From: an uncultured virus (IMG/VR IMGVR_UViG_3300030330_002895)
Lineage: Duplodnaviria; Heunggongvirae; Uroviricota; Caudoviricetes
Direction: 5' to 3' (one strand)
DNA: 20,000 nt
IMG/VR virus record: IMGVR_UViG_3300030330_002895
Coordinates: 48,470 to 68,469 of that record
Positions 16,123 through 20,000 of this stretch are shown here, piece after piece; the first letter of the stretch is position 1, and each line of letters opens with the position of its first letter. The notes beneath the pieces were generated by a model. That model was not told the DNA's origin. It was given only the letters and a program-made list of their open reading frames with translations, and ran no database searches. A program made the position numbers and the translations under genes.

Positions 16123-17402
16123 AAAAAGTAGACCAAATGAAGAAATTTCTGTTAGAGAATCCTGACAGATTAAATTCAAAATATGCAGACACCGCTAAAA
16201 TGTTTGGAACAAACTATGAACAGGTTAGAAGTTTGGCTAGACAAATAAGAGGAAGTCATACTAATAATAGAAGTGCTAAAAAGGAAAGATTACACATGGA
16301 AGAGGGGCCTGAAGGCAAGTTTATAGTGTCAGAAGATAGTACAAGAATACAGTCGTTAGATGACTTGCTTGAGGCATTTAGTGTAGATGATAGTGAATGG
16401 GAGGTTGATTGGTATGATATAGGAACGTATGAACAGACAGGTTTTGACAGTGACAGAAAGCCTGTTACCACTACCATGTATCGTTGTAAGGCTAAATTAA
16501 AAAGGGTTGACCCATTTAAAAACTTAGAGACTACTAGGCAGGGTTTGATTGAGGACTTGAAGGATATGGCTACATATAAGCCTAAGGTTAAGACAAAACT
16601 GCAAGGGCAGGACACTACCGCGCATTGTCTAGAGATTGGCGCATATGATTTACATTTAGGAAAGATAGGTATAATAGGTGATGATTATTCAATGGATATT
16701 GCTCAGGAAAGATTGGTAGCGGCTATTGAGCATTTATTAAAAAGGGCATCAGGTTTTACTATTGACCAAATTCTATTTGTAGTAGGTAATGATTTCTTAA
16801 ATACTGATGGTGATAAACCTATTCCAAGGACTACTAAAGGTACTCCTCAGTTTAATAGCGACCATCATATTGAAATGTATAAACGTGGTAGAAAATTAAT
16901 TACTATGGTAATTGATGAACTATCTAGTATATGTCCTGTCCATGTAGTTGTTATGCCTGGAAACCATGATGAAGAGTGCATAATGTATCTAGGGGACGCA
17001 TTAGAGCTGTTCTACGAGCATAACGAGAGTGTTGTAATAGATAACACTAGACCGCTTATGAAAGGCTTTAAATACGGAAATAATTTAATTGCCTTTGACC
17101 ACGGACATAAGATGAAAGCTGAAAAAGCTGTACAAATATTGCCTCAAAGGTTCAGAGATATATGGAGTGATGTGCGTTATGTGGAGTTGCATAGGGGGCA
17201 CTTGCATGGCGTACATCATAAAAAGATTGGGGCTACTAGTGAACTAAGTGGTATCACTGTAAGAAATCTAGGAAGTATGGCGGCTACTGACCAATGGCAT
17301 GACGACAAAGGTTTTATAGGAAATATAAAAAGAGCTCATGGGTTTATATGGTCTAAACACAATGGTCTTCAAGCAGAACTATTCTACAACGTTCCATTTT
17401 AA
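16119..17402 (+). CDS. Calcineurin-like metallophosphoesterase with an N-terminal HTH-like region
   Basis: All five MPP motifs are present: DLHLG, GND, GNHD, HGH, GHLH. The N-terminal ADTAKMFGTNYEQVRSLAR is HTH-like. Confidence 0.88.
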   Translation: MKKVDQMKKFLLENPDRLNSKYADTAKMFGTNYEQVRSLARQIRGSHTNNRSAKKERLHMEEGPEGKFIVSEDSTRIQSLDDLLEAFSVDDSEWEVDWYDIGTYEQTGFDSDRKPVTTTMYRCKAKLKRVDPFKNLETTRQGLIEDLKDMATYKPKVKTKLQGQDTTAHCLEIGAYDLHLGKIGIIGDDYSMDIAQERLVAAIEHLLKRASGFTIDQILFVVGNDFLNTDGDKPIPRTTKGTPQFNSDHHIEMYKRGRKLITMVIDELSSICPVHVVVMPGNHDEECIMYLGDALELFYEHNESVVIDNTRPLMKGFKYGNNLIAFDHGHKMKAEKAVQILPQRFRDIWSDVRYVELHRGHLHGVHHKKIGATSELSGITVRNLGSMAATDQWHDDKGFIGNIKRAHGFIWSKHNGLQAELFYNVPF

Positions 17403-17430
17403 CTACCGCGCATCGTAAAGCAATCCAAAA

Positions 17431-17476
17431 GTAAAAGGGGATGATTAGATGGTGCACCAAATTCTATCCCCTTTAC
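17431..17476. terminator. Hairpin between convergent gene blocks, probable bidirectional terminator
   Basis: AAAGGGGAT (17434-17442) pairs with ATCCCCTTT (17466-17474); the loop contains the palindrome TGGTGCACCA (17450-17459). Confidence 0.6.
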
Positions 17477-17500
17477 AATAAATAAAAAAAGAATTACAAA

Positions 17501-17995
17501 TTAATTTTGCAATTTTAATATATTTTCTTTTATAGCACTGAATTGTTTTAATTCTTGTGTCAACTCAGCAACTCTTCTACTTAATATAGAGTTTTCTTTT
17601 TTTAATTTATTAACAGTTTCATAATGAGAAACTAAAACTTTTTCAGAATCAAACGTTCTGTCAGTAGCTAACTGAACACATGCGTCATAAATTTTTCTAT
17701 AATAATTAAGTTTCATCATCCATTCATGTTGACTCTCATAATGTATTACAGACGCATGGTCTCTATTAAGAAATCTACCTGTTTCACTTTTGTTTAACCC
17801 AAACACTCTTCTTAATAAATTAGCTACACATATTCTTACATCGCCTATCAATCTTTTTCTACTCTTACTAAATAATTCTTCTTTAGTAATATCCCCTAGC
17901 TTACAAGCTAAAGCCACAACTTTATTCATATCTTCTCTTACTACCGATTCGTTGTGGTCAGAATACGGTGTGATGTCTGTTAATTTATTCATCAT
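17501..17995 (-). CDS. DnaA C-terminal (domain IV)-like HTH DNA-binding protein with C-terminal coiled coil
   Basis: ITKEELFSKSRKR...R...LLRRVFGLNKSETGRFLNRDHASVIHY matches the Bac_DnaA_C signature; there is no AAA+ domain. Confidence 0.85.
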   Translation of the reverse strand: MMNKLTDITPYSDHNESVVREDMNKVVALACKLGDITKEELFSKSRKRLIGDVRICVANLLRRVFGLNKSETGRFLNRDHASVIHYESQHEWMMKLNYYRKIYDACVQLATDRTFDSEKVLVSHYETVNKLKKENSILSRRVAELTQELKQFSAIKENILKLQN

Positions 17996-18248
17996 TAAAT
18001 GCTTCTTTTAATTGTTTTTCTATCTTCATTTCATAGGTTAATGCCATTTCTGATATAACGTCTAAAAAATAATGATAATGTTTTTGATAATCTGCTTCAG
18101 CTTCTTCTGTATATTTAGCTCCTATATATTCTTGATAGGTTTCTTCATAAGGAGAAAATCCTAAAGCTTTCCATTTCTTTTCTATTTTTCTTTGTGCAAG
18201 TTTAGCTGCCAACTGTTCAGCATGTACTCTAATTGTAGTGTATCCCAT
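17985..18248 (-). CDS. Hypothetical protein
   Basis: 87-aa ORF packed in the - strand gene block. Confidence 0.65.
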   Translation of the reverse strand: MGYTTIRVHAEQLAAKLAQRKIEKKWKALGFSPYEETYQEYIGAKYTEEAEADYQKHYHYFLDVISEMALTYEMKIEKQLKEAFNDE

Positions 18249-18249
18249 G

Positions 18250-18495
18250 TTATAATAATTTTAAATGTTTTTGTTTTACTTGTTCATTAAATTCTTTGCT
18301 AGATTCAGCCTTATCGTGACACAGTCTGCAGAGTGCAGCTAGGTTTTCTATAAAATCTTTGGTCTTGCTGCCACCCATCTTTCTTGCATCAATATGATGG
18401 ATGTCAACAGCTCTACTTCCGCATGTAGTACATGGTATAAAACTATCTATACCATAACCAAAATGTTTTAGATATATTTTTGTGTGCTTTTTCAA
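18250..18495 (-). CDS. HNH endonuclease (zinc-binding type)
   Basis: CTTC...DIHHI...GGS...NLAALCRLCH; TTG start abutting the upstream stop. Confidence 0.85.
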   Translation of the reverse strand: MKKHTKIYLKHFGYGIDSFIPCTTCGSRAVDIHHIDARKMGGSKTKDFIENLAALCRLCHDKAESSKEFNEQVKQKHLKLL

Positions 18496-18852
18496 TTATC
18501 TGTTTTCAGTATAATCGCCTGAAGCAATTAAATTATCTGTTTTAGTTTCGTTGAAATATAACCACGCATTATATATCTTACCGCTCATAGTTTCTATAGG
18601 AACCTTTTTCCTTTTATACCACGATGGGTGTCCTTCCAACATATCTAAGGTAAGTAAAATTCTTTGACTTACCAAATACAACTCCCCATATATCTGAGAA
18701 ACCTTCTCATTCTCAGACACATAGGGAATTCCATTTGCATACATAGCATAGTTGTTTACAGTTCTTCCAATGTCTATACACTTGCAATCAATAATTAATC
18801 TATGGTTGTGATAGCCTTGTCTCAAAGTGCCATATACAAATACTATTTCCAC
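18496..18852 (-). CDS. Gamma-glutamylcyclotransferase (GGCT/AIG2-like) family protein
   Basis: VFVYGTLRQG-x-x-NH, GELY, LDMLEG, Y-x-R and AWLY motifs. Confidence 0.9.
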   Translation of the reverse strand: MEIVFVYGTLRQGYHNHRLIIDCKCIDIGRTVNNYAMYANGIPYVSENEKVSQIYGELYLVSQRILLTLDMLEGHPSWYKRKKVPIETMSGKIYNAWLYFNETKTDNLIASGDYTENR

Positions 18853-19658
18853 TATATATTAAATATTGAATTGTTATTGTAATCCATAGGAAGCTCACCA
18901 GAATCTACATACTCTTTATACTTTTTTAAAGCCATATTATAAAGCTCTCTTCCAGTTGATAAAGATTGTTCTGACACTTTATATACCCCCACACAATATG
19001 GCTTTGATTTTTCTATTGCATATATATAATAATCTTTGTAACCCAAAGCATCACAATAAAAAGCAGCCTGCATTAAATACTTTTGATTTATAATAGTCTC
19101 CATAAAAGCTACAGGTTCTGCGCTCCTAGTAGTTTTTAAATCAACTATATATTTCTTTTTAGTATTTACAGCGTCAAGTTTTCCTTTACAAAGTATACCG
19201 TGCCTATTGTTTTTCCATAAATATATTTTTTCAAACTCATCACAACTGCTTAACAATAAACTGTGTTGACTTTCCCTTAAGTTCATTTCCATTGTAGATA
19301 TAATTTTATAATCCTTATGAGACAAATGTTCTCTACCTTGAGATTGTTCTAAAAACTTTTCCCAAGTAGCCTTACCAAGCGTAGTTCTTTTATCAACACC
19401 ATCTGGCTCTATAGCATAATGTTTTAAAAATGTATCCATACCCTCCAATGCCAACATATGAAAAGCTGTACCAAACTTCATTGCCGATGAAGGCTTTGGT
19501 GGATTGCTTATTAAATGTTGAAACTTTCTGGGTGGATTATCCATAAACAGCTTTAACGTACTATTAGAAATGTACATGTGGTCATCATAATAATTTTTAT
19601 CTGTTATTTCATTGTCAACCAATGGGGTAATTAGTTTCTGTGTTTTTTTCTTTGCCAT
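18852..19658 (-). CDS. PD-(D/E)XK exonuclease, RecE/exonuclease VIII-like (DUF3799)
   Basis: YY...ISNSTLK, AMKFGTAFH, CKGKLD...IVDLKTT, Y-x-x-QAAFY and AIEKSKPY. Confidence 0.88.
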   Translation of the reverse strand: MAKKKTQKLITPLVDNEITDKNYYDDHMYISNSTLKLFMDNPPRKFQHLISNPPKPSSAMKFGTAFHMLALEGMDTFLKHYAIEPDGVDKRTTLGKATWEKFLEQSQGREHLSHKDYKIISTMEMNLRESQHSLLLSSCDEFEKIYLWKNNRHGILCKGKLDAVNTKKKYIVDLKTTRSAEPVAFMETIINQKYLMQAAFYCDALGYKDYYIYAIEKSKPYCVGVYKVSEQSLSTGRELYNMALKKYKEYVDSGELPMDYNNNSIFNI

Positions 19659-19660
19659 AA

Positions 19661-19999
19661 TTATTTACTTAAAATTTTACTTAACCACGTATCCATACCA
19701 CTATTAATTTCATCAGCACTATAATAATCTACATGTTTAGTAGAGCCATCTTCCTGTTGTGTTGGTATAGTTGTGTATGGTATTAACTCATATTGTGCAA
19801 CCATAGTTTTTGTTCCCCATCTATTAGGCACAGGTATATCTGTGCTATTAATAGCATATCCATCTTTTCTTAATTCAAATATAGTTGCTGATAGCCTAGT
19901 GTTTCCTAGGTCTCTTATTGCTTGTAGACTTGTTATTGTTTTGTGTTTTTTTAGATACTCTAACAGTCTTGTATAATGGGTTCCCCCTGTTCTTCTTTT
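19661..19999 (-). CDS. Winged helix-turn-helix protein (HTH_39-like), 5'-truncated by the window edge; absent from the ORF track
   Basis: Hand translation: KRRTGGTHYTRLLEYLKKHKTITSLQAIRDLGNTRLSATIFELRKDGYAINSTDIPVPNRWGTKTMVAQYEL...KILSK*. The stop lies 2 nt before the ATG of the exonuclease. Confidence 0.85.
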   Translation of the reverse strand, partial: KRRTGGTHYTRLLEYLKKHKTITSLQAIRDLGNTRLSATIFELRKDGYAINSTDIPVPNRWGTKTMVAQYELIPYTTIPTQQEDGSTKHVDYYSADEINSGMDTWLSKILSK

Positions 20000-20000
20000 T

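Noticed and set aside
16256..19976. ORFs 16256..16615(-), 17790..18011(+) and 19773..19976(+)
   Set aside because: Antisense shadows of the metallophosphoesterase, DnaA-C-like and wHTH genes.
1..20000. Stop-codon reassignment as seen in some Bacteroidota phages
   Set aside because: The standard code gives near-complete coding density, and TAA, TAG and TGA all terminate genes at sensible junctions.
1..20000. tRNA, rRNA or other structured RNA genes
   Set aside because: Intergenic gaps are under about 100 nt and none showed a cloverleaf or known RNA motif by eye; a covariance-model search was not possible.

Overview
AT-rich, gene-dense segment of a dsDNA tailed phage genome (or prophage), most likely infecting Bacteroidota (Flavobacteriia-like). 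The host inference rests on TAnnTTTG promoter boxes, A/T-rich start contexts without Shine-Dalgarno sequences, signal peptides cleaved before Gln and a T9SS-like C-terminal sorting tail. The + strand (1-17402) carries putative virion/tail genes, a cell-envelope cassette (beta-barrel-like protein, LDLa-like protein with a T9SS-like tail, SNase nuclease, membrane proteins, CXXC-less thioredoxin), a 1813-aa protein, a DUF5675 + 3TM holin lysis-like pair, small very basic proteins and a metallophosphoesterase. A convergent - strand block (17501-20000) carries DNA metabolism/regulatory genes: DnaA-C-like HTH, HNH, GGCT, RecE-like exonuclease and wHTH. The most striking observations are: (i) the 1813-aa protein is a paralog of its 163-aa neighbour with about 1690 aa inserted before the last beta-strand; (ii) three unrelated basic proteins share a C-terminal QYD tag; (iii) an envelope cassette with its own putative promoter appears to use host Sec/BAM/T9SS export. 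All family assignments come from motif recognition by eye, not from database searches.
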